Positions 24,244 to 38,898 of a stretch of 64,000 nucleotides of DNA are shown piece after piece; position 1 is the first letter of the stretch; every line of letters begins with the position of its first letter. This DNA comes from Basidiobolus meristosporus CBS 931.73 (lineage: Eukaryota > Fungi > Basidiobolomycota). The notes under the pieces are model-generated. The model did not search any database. It saw nothing but the letters and a program-made list of their open reading frames with translations, and was not told the origin of the DNA. The position numbers and the translations under genes were made by a program. The stretch is taken from positions 1 to 64,000 of the forward strand of contig MCFE01000256.1 of the NCBI GenBank assembly GCA_002104905.1, given 5' to 3'.

Positions 24244-24902
24244 CTTTTGCTTCAGCTGGATGCATCTTAAGTTGTATTACATTTTTCCTTACCAAGTGCT
24301 GCCCTGCTGTGTCTGTTTCTGCCTGCTAATCTGGAGTAGCACTTTTGTGGTTGGCTGACATTTCTGTACTACTTATTGAGAGCTTTGAGCCCTACTTGTG
24401 ACATGCTGTTGAAGAAGTCACCAATTGTGAAGCATGACACATGTGTCTTCTGCATTTCATATATTCTGCTGATCTTGCAATACTTCCCTAGCATAGCAAG
24501 GAGGGCCTAAAATCTGTTTGCTTGCTTGAATCCAGCATAATATGGATGTAGCAGATCCTGTGCATTCTGGTCAGTCTTGAGCTCCTGATGGCTTCCTGGT
24601 ATACTGCCCTCAAAGTAGTGCAAGCTATATTTTGTATGGTGTCTTGAATATCAGCCCACTTTGCATCAATGAACCAAACAACTTCACACATCCTCAATAT
24701 AATTTGCTTTTAGAATTTGGTATAAGTATCTCAGTCTCTCTCTCCCATGTTGTGGTAGGTTTTTTTGTGTGCTTCATCTTTGGCCACAATAGTTGTGCTA
24801 CAAAGTCTGTAGAATGCTCCTCTGCTGCAATGTTGGAAACTGGCATAATTTCAGTCTGTGACATTAAGCTATGTGAGTTCCACCTTTGCAGCAAAGATGC
24901 AA

Positions 24903-25970
24903 GATTTGTTTTGTTGGATAGTGCCACATAGTGCCAGCTGGCTTATAGTGCTGGATCCATCTAGCACTCTGCAGCACCATCTGGCACTATAATATCAACC
25001 ATGATGCCAGTGGTGTAATATATTTATTGGTAATTTAGTTGATTATACTTATATTGCTCAGAGTGGTGCTTTTAGTGCTTTTTCACTGCTCATGAAACAT
25101 CAGACCCATTTCTATTAGGGGGTGTCTCTTTGTATGCATATACTGTAAATTAGTAAGTTTTTTGACTATTATCTTCTCTGTGGGTTTCTCCTATTTATAA
25201 CTTTACTCTATATTGACCTGTCAATATGTCAAATCACTTTAGATATCCAAAAATATGCTCTACTCTCACGTTGAGATGAAAAATATCTTATTGTATAATT
25301 TGTGCTTACTGCTAAATACACCATTGCTTGGCTTCCTTCAAGCTGTAATACATCCCAATCTCAATCCTGACTTGCATAAGCCAAGTCAGCTGTGCATTTC
25401 TCCCCTGTGGTGATTTCTGAATCAGTCTCTAACCAGAGTGCATTATCATAGCTGCTTCCAGTAAATGGCTTACTAAGCCAGATGAAGTTAACAACAATGT
25501 CAGAGAGTACTTGAAGCTTCACATAATGTTCCATGCATCCACCAAACTAAAAGGGCCATTGTTCTCTAGAAGGTCTGCTGATCCTGAAAGACAAGGTATC
25601 CAAAATAACACTGATATGAAACCTGTTGCTGAGCACTCTGGGATATGGAAATTTATTGGAGCTTCTAAGCCTAGTATTGCAAGCTTTTTCTCAGTCACTC
25701 ATACCCTCTGCATGGTGATTGTCCATTGCTGGCAGCTGGGAATGAAAGCTGCTAGGATGTTTGTTACAATGGATGGTGGGTTGAAACCTGCCAAAGCAAT
25801 AATTCTTATAATAGCCAAGAAGCTTAACAAGGGCTCTTTAGGATAGATTGGGATAGATAGACCATAGTACTTGATGTGGATCTCAGCTAATGTGTCAAAA
25901 GAAAATCCAATGGTAATGGTGGGATTTAAGAGTAAAGACCATACAGATGGGTAAGGCATGCTAATACTGA
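24903..25970 (-). mobile_element. Degenerate DDE_Tnp_4 (PIF/Harbinger-IS5-like) transposon relic with one TIR
   Basis: Reverse-complement homologue of 44150-44900; TIR-like GATTTGTTTTGTTGGATAGTGCCAC at 24903; motifs TGFI, IWLS-PF-GS and RVEHIFGYLK. Confidence 0.7.
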
Positions 25971-28149
25971 TAAGTGGTAGGGTAAGAATAAGTTGAATAA
26001 ATATTGTGCAATTAGCTTAATTTATCTGACTCTTCATTCATTCTAATTAAATCTCCATCAGTTGCCATGTATCAGTTCATTATGTTGGAAAAATCAACCT
26101 CCTACAATGACATTATGATTTTATTGACATATTATTTACAAGTCAATAATCAAACAGGAAATCAGCAACTGATGCAATTTGATCCTTGTCAATGCAATCC
26201 AAGATGCATCATGCAAAATATATGGAATATACCACAATCACAATGCTTTTCATATATATAATTATATAACACCAGGCTATTACTCATGAGCTACTGCATA
26301 GGTATTCAAATCCATCACTATAGCTCCTATAAACAGTTAAAACTCATTCCAAGTAATGCTCAGACAAAATCCATCCCTGGTTTACAAATTCAGTCTGTAG
26401 TGAAAATGTCAATGTTTAATTGATTTGATTTTCTACCATACAACTTTAGCATAATGAAATGACTATGACAAGCTATCATACTGATATTGGGGCACTACAC
26501 ATATGTCTAGTGGAACTGGATGTGCCTCAATGTTGGGAACCAAGGAGATTTTAAGCAGGTTTTTTGCCTCAAAAAATAATTTATCATGTGATATACTAGT
26601 ACAGCTACATGACTTCCCAGAGCAACATACACAGGGCTCATTAAGGCAACAGTTCCAAAGTATCAGACAAACTGAATCCTAACATAGACAAGAAGAATAA
26701 CCACAAAATAGCTGTTTTCACAACAGTTGGAAGCACAACCAGTTGAGCTAAACTCCAATGAGGTAGATGGGTATACATGGAAAGGTGACTTGTCTGCCAC
26801 AGCCTCCACATCCTCCATTGTTGACAGAGAGGAAATCCCACTAACAGGCAAAGCAGCAATATCCAGAACACAAAAGAATATCATAACACCTTCAGCAAAA
26901 CTTTTGCATATTAATATGTACACCTGGAGGTTGTAGCACTTCTTCTGGAGTATTGCTTAAGAAAATGCACTTGAATGTTGTAAGGATTTATTGCAATGAC
27001 TGGCAGATGAGATGCTATAGCTTGCAATGCCACTGAAGACCCAGATGCCTAGGAACCAGTTAATGAACAGTGTAATAAAGCCACTGGATTCCTGCCAAAG
27101 TCATTGAAACAAAGCAATACATCAGAAATACTTGTGTGGAAATCAGGCAATAGCCAATCAATGTACACCACTGTAGGAGGTGATAGAGTGTTTGGGAGCA
27201 GAAAGTGAGAAGGTTAGCAGAGGACCAATCAAAAGCCGCAGATGTATTGCCTTGAAGAGAACTCTTGACAAAGTTTTCTGTGAAATATGGGGTGCAATCA
27301 CTTTGCAATGGTTTGTGTACAATCCATTCATAGGATCAATAGCTCTTAGTCACATAACCTCAACTGTACAATGACTTTTTGCTGGGATTATCCGAATTAT
27401 TTCTCATAGGGTATTGTTCCAAAGAGTTGGCAATGTCCTGAACAAATATTGCTGTATTGCAACAGACCACTGTTCCACATACTCCAGAGTAAAACAGAAG
27501 GGGAGAATTTACATATAGGACAGTAGTAGAGATGAGAAATGTATGCCACATGATAAGAGAATGGGCCATTGATTCTGAGCTGAATCTGTTGCCACTGTGG
27601 TATATTCAATAATATATGCCTCACAGCTACATAAAAATAGTAGCAATGAGAAGCTTAGTGCTACATAATAACAGAATAAAATACAAATCCTGGGCCAAAT
27701 CTATTGCTACTATAGAATACCACAAGAATTGATGGTCAACAATAGTAATATGTAGTAATATTCCCTTACTATAACTTAGAAGCTTAACAATAGCTGCAAT
27801 GTTGAATTTGAGCCAAATTTGATCAAAAAGCTACTAAATCACTGGCTAGCTGCCAAATAATGCATTCACCATTAATGAAAAGGCACATAGCTAATACACC
27901 CAGGTACAGAAGCAGCTTCTGATAGTCCTTGATCAGAAAACATTACCCTAGCTAGAAGCCACACAATAATTAGGAATGCCCCAAGATTTTGGTGGCAAGC
28001 ATGCAATAATAAGAAGCCAATCATGCCTTATGTGCCATACCTTGGAGTCTGTAACAGGCAATACAAAGTCCAGGTGCTGCAATATGGCAACAAGCCATAC
28101 AGTGGATGCAACAATCACTAATTAAAGAAAAAGCATGGGCGCCAGTATA

Positions 28150-28388
28150 TTAACTGATGGAAAAAGCCAGTAAGATGCAAATGGGTTAGCAATATCACAA
28201 TAACCTCTGACAATACTGTGGATAAGCCAAAGTTAGATTGGTGGCTTAGGGATATAACTTTATCCAAGGACTATACTCTGGAACAAGATTTGTACCGGTA
28301 GAAAATCTAACCTGCATTGGGCTTGTACTAGCCCTGGTAGCTTTCGCTAGTCTAGATCTAAACAAAATGGACATCAAAAAAGCTTTTC
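28150..28388 (+). pseudogene. Copia RT fragment
   Basis: Decayed K-PVRCKWV...RLVA.GY...QMDIKKAF, cut by a Ty3 LTR. Confidence 0.65.
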
Positions 28389-30200
28389 TGTTACAAATAG
28401 TGATACAATAGCAGCAGAGAACAAGGGAGTTTAGCTTGTATGGTATTCACCCAAACTTGCACCGCTCCTTATTGAGGTTCCAGCAGCTCCTTGTTTTCAT
28501 TTTACCAGATCAATTGGTAACTAATTGTGCTTTGTGATGTTGACTGTGGCAGTTGAACAATATCATTGCATAATCATTGCCCCATTAGGTCTTGTTTAGC
28601 ACATCTAGTTATGTCCAATAAGGAACTGCTGATTCATAGGCAGCTAAACTGCTAGCTTGATAGATACTACTGATATGCAAATAAGCCAAATATAAAACTA
28701 ATTGATTTGACTAAAAGTGGATCTAACTTAATCATTCAAGTGGCAGATCATACAATTTTTCTGCAATACAACCTAGTGGGTTCTCTCAAATGTCTTTTCT
28801 AGAAGTACCAGTATTATGATGGTTCAGCATTGTCATTAGGTTTTGTAAGATCTGTCTGTCCCTATGAACCCAATGTTATTGGATAGTCCCCTTGTTGGCT
28901 ACCGGTTGGTAAGTTGCAAATGGACCTTCTCTTATGATATAAGATGGTCCTGTCCATTACAGCTCAACCTGCTTCCAAGTATTGTTTTGTATCAATACAT
29001 ATAGTTGTATTCAGCCTCTTCTTTGACCTTTCAGCACTTTGACAGGTTTTGCCTGTGCCTCCTGAGGCATATGCTCCAATTGTTGGTGTCTTCTAAGCTG
29101 ACTGAGTTCATTCACCTAGTTGTTTATGAGCCTTAGTTATGTAAAATCCCCTGGAATCATAGGTTAACATCTGTACACTGAATGAATGGCAATTGCTGGG
29201 TTGTGTTGTGCACCTTTACCCTGCAAGAAAAATGTACTTGGTCAATATACTTGCCCCATCTGCTCACAGCTCCATTTGCATTCTTGGTCAGCACTGTTCC
29301 AAATTGTCCATTAAGCCACTCAGTAACTCAATCAGTAATAGGGTGATATGCCAAAGTCCCAAATGTGTGATATGCTGCATCTCTAGGTAGACTTCCACTA
29401 CTTCTGCCACAAAGCTTGCTCCTCAATAAGGTAAGATATCTACAAGGCATCCAGGCTTCATTTAAATCACCTGGTACATAAAGCTTACAACTTTTTGTTC
29501 ACTGGCTACAGGTACAGCTCTTGCCACTAGCCATTTGGTGGCATGGTCAATTGCTACTAGAGTTTACCAATTGCATTTCTTGGAAGTGGACAGTCTTCTA
29601 ATAAAGTCATTTCATCATTTCCAAATGGACTTATAGTCTCCAAGGGAGAGTGCTCAGCAATCCTCTGTGATTGACCTTGATTGATTTGGCAGCTTGCACA
29701 TGTGTTCACTGGCCTCTTAATATCTTGTTCCATTTTGCCTCACCATGCTCTAGTATTTAAAAAGTTATAGGTTCCTTCATTTCCAAAATGTGCATATTTA
29801 ATGTGTAACTTGTGTACTAAATCCAGGCAAGCAACATAGGGGCAATAGGCAATTGGACTTCTATTAGCAATCCGGTTGAGTGTTTCATCAGGTACTAAAT
29901 ATCTGCTGGCTTCATCCCAAATAATCTTATTAATACCTTCATTCAACACTTTAGGAATGGCTTGGTTCTTCAAGTATATATAACTAGCTTGATCAATATG
30001 ATTCATGCACAAGGTTGAGTTGTGCAACTTGCTCTAATCTTCAAAAGGTGTCAGCCACTGTGTTATTGTTCCAACACTGTAGACAATGTCAAAGTTGAGT
30101 TACTAGGTGGATTCATTCCATGTTGTTATTCTTCTGGAGAGTTCCTTCTGGGTAAGTATATATTTGAGTAAGGAATAATCAATCATCAAAATGCATTTGA
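28389..30200 (-). mobile_element. 5'-truncated older Ty3 element of the 368-bp LTR group (copy C)
   Basis: 3' LTR at 28389-28754, followed by decayed integrase and RNase H colinear with 16919-18430. Confidence 0.85.
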
Positions 30201-30231
30201 TTGCTTCAGTGGGATGCAAAGGCCAATTGAA

Positions 30232-30573
30232 TGTTTGTTAGATCACTATTTAGTGAAATCAGTTAGTTTTATGACAGGCCTATAAGTATATCAGTATTAT
30301 CTATCAAATCAGTAGTTTTGGTCAGCAGATGAATCAGCATATCCTTATCAGATAGAAATAGATACACAAAGTAGGACCCAATTTGGTTATGATTGTGCAG
30401 TTAATTGAGTCATCAGCAAAATCAACAATAGAAATATAATTAATCGGCAAATAATTGGGAAAAGCATATATAAGGAGCTGCTGAAACCTGAATAAAAGCA
30501 GTTCAAGTTTTAGTGAATAAAATACTTACTAAACTCCCTCTTTGTCCACAGTTCTTATTCAAAACTTGTAACA
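30232..30573 (+). repeat. Truncated solo LTR, 368-bp Ty3 group
   Basis: Reverse complement of the copy A/B LTR, ending ...AAAACTTGTAACA; start approximate. Confidence 0.75.
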
Positions 30574-31305
30574 ATATTGTTGTGACAAAAAGTATTACCA
30601 GAGGTTTTTGTGAACTTGGGGGTGAATTTATTATGTTTTTACACAGTGCCCTGACAGGACAAATACCTCTTACATATGAGATATCAGATTGGTGGCAGCC
30701 TTTTGATGGCATAATCATATTTTCTTTTCAGAGGTTGTGGTAGGGGCAAGAAAAATCAATGCTGGACCCATTTGAATTTTTGACAATGATATCTGTACAG
30801 TCTCAGTGTCTATGATGAGCCTTCTAACAGGTACTTGACCACTAGTCATTCAGCTAGCTGTACTGAATACTTCAACAAGCTGATTGAGATGGAAGAAGTT
30901 AAGTAGAAATATATGGTACTTGTTCTACATTGAGATACCAGATGTGAGCAAGATGATTAAGGGCAAACAGATATAGAAATCAATGTTATGTATTGCTGTC
31001 CTGACAAATTTGACCAAGTTTTTAATGATATCTGGAGTGCAATTTTTTTAATGGTATTTGCATGGTGCCCTTATGGCTTCAGTACCTTTTGGTCATGGGG
31101 TTTTCATTTTGTGATCACATGTTGATGGGATTGTTACAGTTACTCATCATAGCATAACCTCCTTGTGTCAAATTAGGCCATTTTATGCATAATTGTCAAA
31201 TATAGTGCATAATTACCACAGAATGCACCTGCCAACTGATAGATATATTATTACACTCCATTGTTCTTTTACATCCCAAAGGCACCACTTGTCATGGCAA
31301 GGAAC

Positions 31306-31671
31306 TGCTACCATCTACCACTCAAAAGTTTAAGTTAGATCAGTACTTAGTCATATCAATAAGCTTTATGTTAGCATATCAGTATATTATTGTTATCTAT
31401 CAAATCAGTAGTATTAGTCAGCTGATGAGTCAGCAGATCCTTATTAGTCAGAAATAGATATTTTTGGTAGGACCTAATTGGGTGATATGAAACAACTGAA
31501 GAAGTCATCAGCTACAACCTACATTAGGAAATACAATAAGTCAGTAATTGATCTGGCAAATATATTTAAGGAGCTGTTGTAACCTCAGTAAAAATCAGTT
31601 CAAGTTTTAGTGAATACAATACTGGCTAAACTCCCTGTTCCTCTATAACTCTTATTTCAAGACTTGTAACC
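31306..31671 (+). repeat. Solo LTR, 368-bp Ty3 group
   Basis: 366 bp, colinear with the reverse complement of the copy B LTR; termini mutated and no TSD recovered. Confidence 0.8.
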
Positions 31672-32704
31672 AAATAATTGAACAAGTCTATGGCACCTGA
31701 TCAAATGTGAGATTCTATGATGACCCACCACAGTAAGCATTTTAAATAAAGATGTAGCACCACATAAAAGTATATGTGAAACACTTTTCCCCACTGGTTT
31801 GATACACTATTTTACATATGTGTCTAAATAATGATGCAAAGCCATCTGGCTCCCTGCCAAACCTTATGGCAAACAACTACAGAAAAAGGGCTGGACAACA
31901 GCTTACTTTGATACTTGGTAGAGCAAGTTGGGCTATGTTCAAAAAATGCCAAGATGAAATTGTGCCCACCAAAGGGAATAATGAGGATTCTTTAAGTATT
32001 CAGTCAAGTAAGCAATTGATAATCTCTGCCATGCTGCCAGCTTGCATTAATGCTGCAGTAGATGAGAGTGTGGTAACCCCATAGCTGTAGAAAGAGACCT
32101 GGAAATGGCTGCCATAACATCAACACAAACACTATCAGCGTGAATGTTGGCAGCTCATAGCAGAGCATTAATGAGGCAGTTGGGTGCAGTGGTTAATAAA
32201 ACATATGCAATGGCACAGATAAATCATAATAGATTCCAGAAACAGAATGTGTAATAATACTTATAGAGCAATTAGTATTCCATGTACACAATGTAGTATT
32301 GTTGCTGCAAAGCAACTCAAGCAGCTCAATGTCACAGACCACAACTGAGCTGTTCAATAAAGTAGCAGCAGAGAAACACTGTACAGTCTATGAGCACTAC
32401 AACTGTGCCCAAATATAAATCCCATAGAGAAACCTAACCTAGCATGGAAGAGAGTTATTGTGATATCTATGCTACTATCTAAAAATCAATTATGTTTAAG
32501 ATCCATGATGTCATTTGATGCAATGATGAAGAGTAGGCTAATATTGCAGAGGCCATCAGAAGTCTAGCACACCATCACCTTAAGGCCAATATACTATTGT
32601 ATTATCAGCAACTAAAGACTAAGCAGAATGTGCTTGCTCTGTTCTTTGAGGAATATCCTGAATTCAGACAATCAAGTGGAAATAGGGTTAGCATTGCTAT
32701 GCAA

Positions 32705-33024
32705 CACTAAGAAAAAAAATTGAGTAAAGGCCAGCAAATTACCTTGATGGTATCACCTGAATTTCAGGTTTGTCAAAATTGACAGCACTCAATATCTCTG
32801 TTCTTAGCTGATGAACAGGCAAGCAAACAAGTTGTCCAGGAGGAGACCAGGCAAACTAGTATCCATGCCAAATTTAGTGATTAGCTGCCCATTACTTCCA
32901 TCAAAAATTGCATTCAAAATTTTAAACCCAAAACACCAGCTGAATACCAGCAAAATACCATTAGAATACCAGCAGAATACCAGCTGTGAATCAGATGAAT
33001 TCCAAGTTGGGATTTTTCATAGGC
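32705..33024. mobile_element. CCCTA-family MITE
   Basis: CACTAAGAAAAAAA...TTTTTCATAGGC, colinear with 6556-6853, with tandem AATACCAGC subterminal repeats. Confidence 0.75.
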
Positions 33025-33183
33025 CTAATAAAGTTTCTCATGAAAAGCAGAAGCTATCAAATGCAAGGAAAAAGGGTGCCATAGCTAAAATCTTGCAGCT
33101 CCCTTGAGAGCCTATCATAAGCTTGGCTGACAGCTCTGAGCAAGGAGCAAGGAGGCATCAGGCTGCCATATGATTGCTAGTTA

Positions 33184-35400
33184 CCCTATGAAAAATACTT
33201 TGGTCTCATAGGTGAATCTAATGCAGATCAGCCATCACAATCCTGTCATGAGACCATAATAATGTCAGCAGCTTTGAACTAACAACCCTCCACATGAACC
33301 TATGATGGGATCATAATGGTGTTTAGCTAATTTCACTACTAGATGAAGTCAAGAACATTATGGTGCTTAGATAATGACTTGCTGGTGGTGGCATGGCATT
33401 GTGGTGGTCTTAGTGCGCTCTACAGATATTTAGGTGGATCTAACTGGCTAGTACATTCGATTGCCTTATATGGAAAAAAACTTGTTGGTGTTTTGGGGGC
33501 CTCATCTCAAGCCTCTAATGGTATTATTACTGCATTATGGTGGCCTACAGCTAGTTCTGTATAATGCTATCTTACCAATTTACCAAATGATATTTCCTGT
33601 TTCTACCTTAGGTTGCACAATTAATATATTCCACTGTAGAATCACCCCTCTTTATTTGTTTTCCCACTGCTACCTTGGGTATTCCACATATAGTCTGAAT
33701 CAAAAAAGACTTTGGCCTCCTGCATACTAGCCTCTTCAAACATGCACACCTTCCACATTTGACATACTTCTATCACCTCAACTTTACATCTTTTTAGTGT
33801 GATACTTGCAAAGTTACCATATACCTTGTATTGCTGGTAAAATATGCATTTTGAGTGCATATGGCTAATTGCCACCACGTCTTCAATGAATACCTCCAGA
33901 AAATCCACAAAGAACTTTTTGGTATTGAACTAATATTTTCCTCCTCCCTGCTGGATTCTGGTACCCCTTATAGGTGCGCTCTGGCTCTTGATGGTGTGAA
34001 TTCTGTATTGAATGGTGTAGAAATTGGCTTATGACCAAGTGAAACCTGGCCTACTTTGGTAGAGTTTTCCTAATATAAACTAGTTGCTTGTTGCACCCAA
34101 CCCAACTTTGCATTACTTAAATGATTAACCACACATTGGGGCTGCTTAGCTTCTTAATGCCATAGGCATGGGTGTCTCTATGTGCAGATCTGTCCAGAGT
34201 ATTTTTCAGCTCCTCCTGGCTGTCCTCCATGTGCCAACTTATTACATTCACAACAGACTTGAAGGTAGTATTCTTTATGAGATTGGGATATGGTAGTACC
34301 TGCAACTTGACTTGTTTTCCTATCCCCCCACACATCTACTCCATAGGAAACTCCCAAAAAGTGAAGTAAGTTACAATATACTCCACACACTAAACAAGAT
34401 GGAGTACAGAATGGATACAGTAGTGCAGAGATCTATGTATTCAGCTTTATGCTTGTAGTATAGCTGCCCAAATCCTGACACACACCCCTTGCACAAAAGA
34501 TGTGAATGCATCAAGTTGGCATTGTTTAACCATGCAGGATAAATATTCCCACAATACCAAGATATGGCTCCTAATGCTTCAAATGTACACTTGGTAAATA
34601 TGTCTTCAAAAGGCAACCTAATTAAGTATATATCCTGTTCATCTAGTCCTTGCACTTTTATTGTTGCATATGCCTACAAAAGTTGATTGGAGCTTGTGAG
34701 AAGTACTTAGGGCTGCAGATACTCTGTAATATCTTGCCAATTCTTACAAATTTCTCTGGCATCTCAAAGGATTCATTTATCTTTAAATGTCCCATGTAGA
34801 AGTTGGTCATCAGTATAGGGATATTATAGAAAAGTTGATGCATTGTTCCCAGTGGAAAGCTTTTACTGATACAAACACCCTTTATCTTAAGTATCTCCAG
34901 CTTCAGATGAATTCCACACTGTGGCCAATAGCTTGTTGCTTGCCAGCTATACTACAATTGCATGCTGACTTTGACACATTCTCTTTGTGGGAAAATGATC
35001 TTCTTGGTGTTGATGTTTGGGTATTAATAATGTGTGTGAGTTAAGGAGCAAGTCCCCTGGATCTCTCACATTGGACAGCAACACTATTCATTTTGCCTAG
35101 CACAGCCGGCTATTTTACAGATGGCTGGGGTATCTCCAATGCAGATGATGATATGTGCTGTTACATGATGACCATTTACTGTTATCTTGCTGGAAAGCAT
35201 ACAAAGCTCTTCTAGCAATGGACACAGGTAGCTATCCAAGTTTGACAGTCATTTAGGTCCAGATACCAGTGAAACTACCATAAGATTTATGCTCTGATAC
35301 TGTAAGATAGGGTACTATCAGTCCAATTGGATGGTCTGTTAATAGCTGATTGGCTTAAAAGTATCCTGAAGCTCTTAGCCCCCAATTGGCTCATTGATCA
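33184..35400 (-). mobile_element. Degenerate CACTA/EnSpm-like (Transposase_21/Tnp2-type) DNA transposon
   Basis: Terminus CCCTATGAAAAAT at 33184 is identical to the MITE right end. The interior is the reverse-complement homologue of 45200-48005. Upper boundary is approximate. Confidence 0.75.
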
Positions 35401-36947
35401 ATACATAAGCTACCTGATTTGCCATCAGATATCCCATTTTGCCCATTAAACATGTAAACCCCTGATCTTAGTGATTGGACAAGGTGTCATAGCAAGCACA
35501 CAACCAATTGTCTAGGTGCAAATCAGTTCAAATAGCTTCACAAGTGTTATGGATGATGCATATATATGCAAGGAGCTTATTATAGAGGCTCTGTTTCAAA
35601 TGTGAGGCAACCTTGATATTTTTTATAACAAAAATTTAGTAATCACTGATTTGCAATGGCTCAATTTGGATCACAAAAAATGCATATTTTGGATCATGCC
35701 AAATGGTAACAATCCAATGCAATTGCATCATCTTCTCCTATGTTTTATTCTCACAGGGATTACTACTGAAGCATTTAATAGTGATTCACTTTGAACACCT
35801 GAGCTACTTCCTTGTTGACTATCATCTTGGCTACTTGTGTAATTGTAGTCAGTATCTTGCCTCCTAGTTGATGAGTGTAATGCTGGAGCTTGGCCATGCA
35901 GAATTGCTCCAGACAAAATGACAGAAGCAGCCTGAAGTGCCACACACTGACATATACCTTTACTTGCTAAGTGCTGATGCAACTTGGCCTGCTCCAATGG
36001 ACTTGTGTCTAAGTGAGCAGTTTGGTGAGCCCTGGTAGTGTTGCGCTGAAGTGTGTGTTGAACTGGCATGCGTTGACTTGATGCAGGGCACTCTTGTGAG
36101 GGGTCTTGGCATAGATTGGACTGATGTGCACCAGTGTGCCAATGTTGCAGTGAATGGTAGGGAATTCAGCAAGGTGTGCTGGTGCAATCTAGACATAGTT
36201 GCTCACAGTCTCTGTTCTCCTCATTATGTTCACCTTCTGATTTCTCAAGGAATTCACTTACCCGCTGTCTGATACTTTGGAACTGTTGCCTTAATGGGTC
36301 CTGTGTGTATTACTCTTGGAAGCCACTTTGCTCTACCAATATGTCACATAGTACATTAGTCATTTGAGGAAAAAACTCATTCAAAATCTCTTTGGATCCT
36401 AAAGTTAAAGCACAAACAGATTTGTCCAGCATGTACTGTGAAAATTGCATGTGGAATCATTGGGGTGTGGCTTCCTCATCAAATCCCCTCAATCTCTGCT
36501 CATTCTTGATCTCAAGGCATGTCTTGTTATTTATCTTTTTACATACATTGGCTGGCATCTTGATGGAGAGCTCATGCCACAGCTTTCTATTCAAATTCTG
36601 CCATTGCTGTCAACTCTCTGAGGTATCCAGTTCTGCTAGATTAATAAGTAGTGCCCATATATCTGTCTGAAGGCTAATCATAGACACTTGGCCATAATAA
36701 AATCATTTGGCGCTATGATGGTCTATAAGTCCAAGGGAGAGATATATCCAACACTTCTCAAAGGTTTTGTGTGTGGGGTATTCACTGGGTGCAATAACCT
36801 CTGGCAAATGCTTGTTAGGAATGCTTTGGTTTGTCTCTAATCTAATGTGATGGGGAATAAAGCCACAAGCTTGTCAAGGGAAAACTATTGAGCTTCAATC
36901 CCCAACTTAGTTGGCATCTTAACAGAAGTATGTGCTGGGTTCAGCGT

Positions 36948-38019
36948 TGTGGTGGTGTATAGGTCCAAGGGAGAGATACGTCCAACACTTCTCAAGTGTT
37001 TTGTGTGTGGGGTGTTCACTGGGTGCGATAACCTCTGGCAAAAGCTTGCTAGGAATACTTGGGTTCTGTCTCTAATCTAATGTGAAGGGGAATAAAGCCG
37101 CAAGCTTGTCAAGGGAAAACTATTGAGCTACAATCCCCAACTTAGTTGGCGTCTTAACAAAAGTATGTGCTGGGTTCAGCGTCCTTTGAGATGACAATGT
37201 ACTAAAGCTTCCAAAGTCAAAACAACTGTAAACTCCACCAGCAGGGACTTGATAAGAATGCAGCTTTGGTCAATAGTTACAAAGACAGAAAAGTATCTTT
37301 GCCTGTACAAGAACAAACTTGGGAAAGAATCAAATATAATAAAAGATACCTACTCTGAGTATTCCTCACAAGTAGTGCTTCCAAGGTCAGTTGGCTGTCA
37401 GCACGGTTTCCTGGGAGTGTCCTGTGGTCTAGGGTTGGAAGTTCAGGTAGCAGCAGGTAGCAGTGATCACACTAATCAACAAGTCGGTATATTGATAAAA
37501 GGGATGATGATTTATTGTTGAGGGATAGCCTCCCTTATATACTTTTCTTCACTGGCTGAGTGATTACTAATCATGGTGTTCCAGAAGGTTCCGGAGTTCA
37601 ATAGAAATCTTAATGACATCAGAATGACCTAAGAATGTTCTAAGTAGGTGCCGGAAGGTTCTAAGAGGCACAGCACATCCAACCAATCAGGAATCAGTAT
37701 TCTGAAACCTGTGTAACATGGGGATACCATATATGGTATGGAAATGGTAGGGATGGTGACACGGGTTGATCATGTGTCACGGGTACTGGCGCGGGTACTT
37801 GCCTAATATAGAAGCACTTGTAACTAGTAATCTTACATAAAGTGAGGGGTAACTTATGCAATAAGGTAAGCAGGTGTGATAGTCAACCGGCTTATGGGAT
37901 AGTACTGATTGGGTAAGACAAATGGGATAAAACTAAAATGAGTGTAGTAGGGATATAGGGAAGTAGAAAATAAGGGAATGAGCACATCTGTTAGTGGGTG
38001 TCACTGTCACCCCACTACA
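36948..38019 (-). repeat. Solo LTR nested in the 3' LTR of its own family
   Basis: 1072 bp, TGTGGTGGTG...CCCACTACA. Flanks GCGT (36944-36947) and GCAT (38020-38023) duplicate the CAGCGTCC site seen intact at 42988-42995. Confidence 0.9.
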
Positions 38020-38898
38020 GCATCCTTTGAGATGACAATGTACTAAAGATTCCAAAGTCAAAACAACTGTAAGCTCCACCAGCAGGGACTTGATAAGAAT
38101 GCAGCTGTGGTCAATAGTTACAAAGACAGAAAAGTATCTTTGCCTGTGCAAGGACAAACTTGGGAAAGAATTAGATATAATAAAAGATACCTACTCTGAG
38201 TATTCCTCACAAGTAGTGCCTCCAAGGTCAGTTGGCTGTCAGCACAGTTTCCTGGGAGTGTCCTGTGGTCTAGGGTTGGAAGTTCAAGTAGCAGCAAGTA
38301 GCAGTGATTACACTAGTCGGCAGGTTGGTATATTGATAAAAGGGATGATGATTTATTGTTGAGGTATATCCTACCTTATATTCTTTTCTCACTAGCTGAG
38401 TGATTACTAATCATGGTGTTCCAGAAGGTTCTGGAGATCAATAGAAATCTTAATGACATCAGAATGAGCTAAGAGTATTTTAAGTAGGTGCCAGAAGGTT
38501 CTAAGAGGCACAGCACATCCAACCAATTGGGAATCAGTATTATGAATCCTGTGTAATGCAGGGGCACCATACATGGTATGAAAATGGTAGGGATGGTGAC
38601 ATGGCTTGATCATGTGTCATGGATACTTTTGCAGGTACTTGCCTAATATAGAAGCACTAACAGCTATTAATATTACATATAGTGAGGGATAACTGATGCA
38701 ATAAGGTAAGCAGGTGTAATAGTCAACCGGCTTATGGGATAGTACTGATCAGGTAAGACAAATGGGATATAACTAAAATAAATGTAGTAGGGATATAGGG
38801 AAGTAGAAAATATAGGAATGAGCATATCTGTCAGTGGGTGTCACTGTCACCCCACTACATCCACCCCCCTCTCAGCTTTGAGCTTGGGTCAAAGCACA

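Noticed and set aside
21890-24900. Possible host element interrupted by the 22861-24243 LTR
   Set aside because: No TSD links the flanks (CCAC versus CTTT) and the translated fragments match nothing I recognise.
26000-28100. Short ORFs that might be another DNA transposase relic
   Set aside because: CpG-depleted like the TEs, but I could not identify any catalytic motif or terminus.
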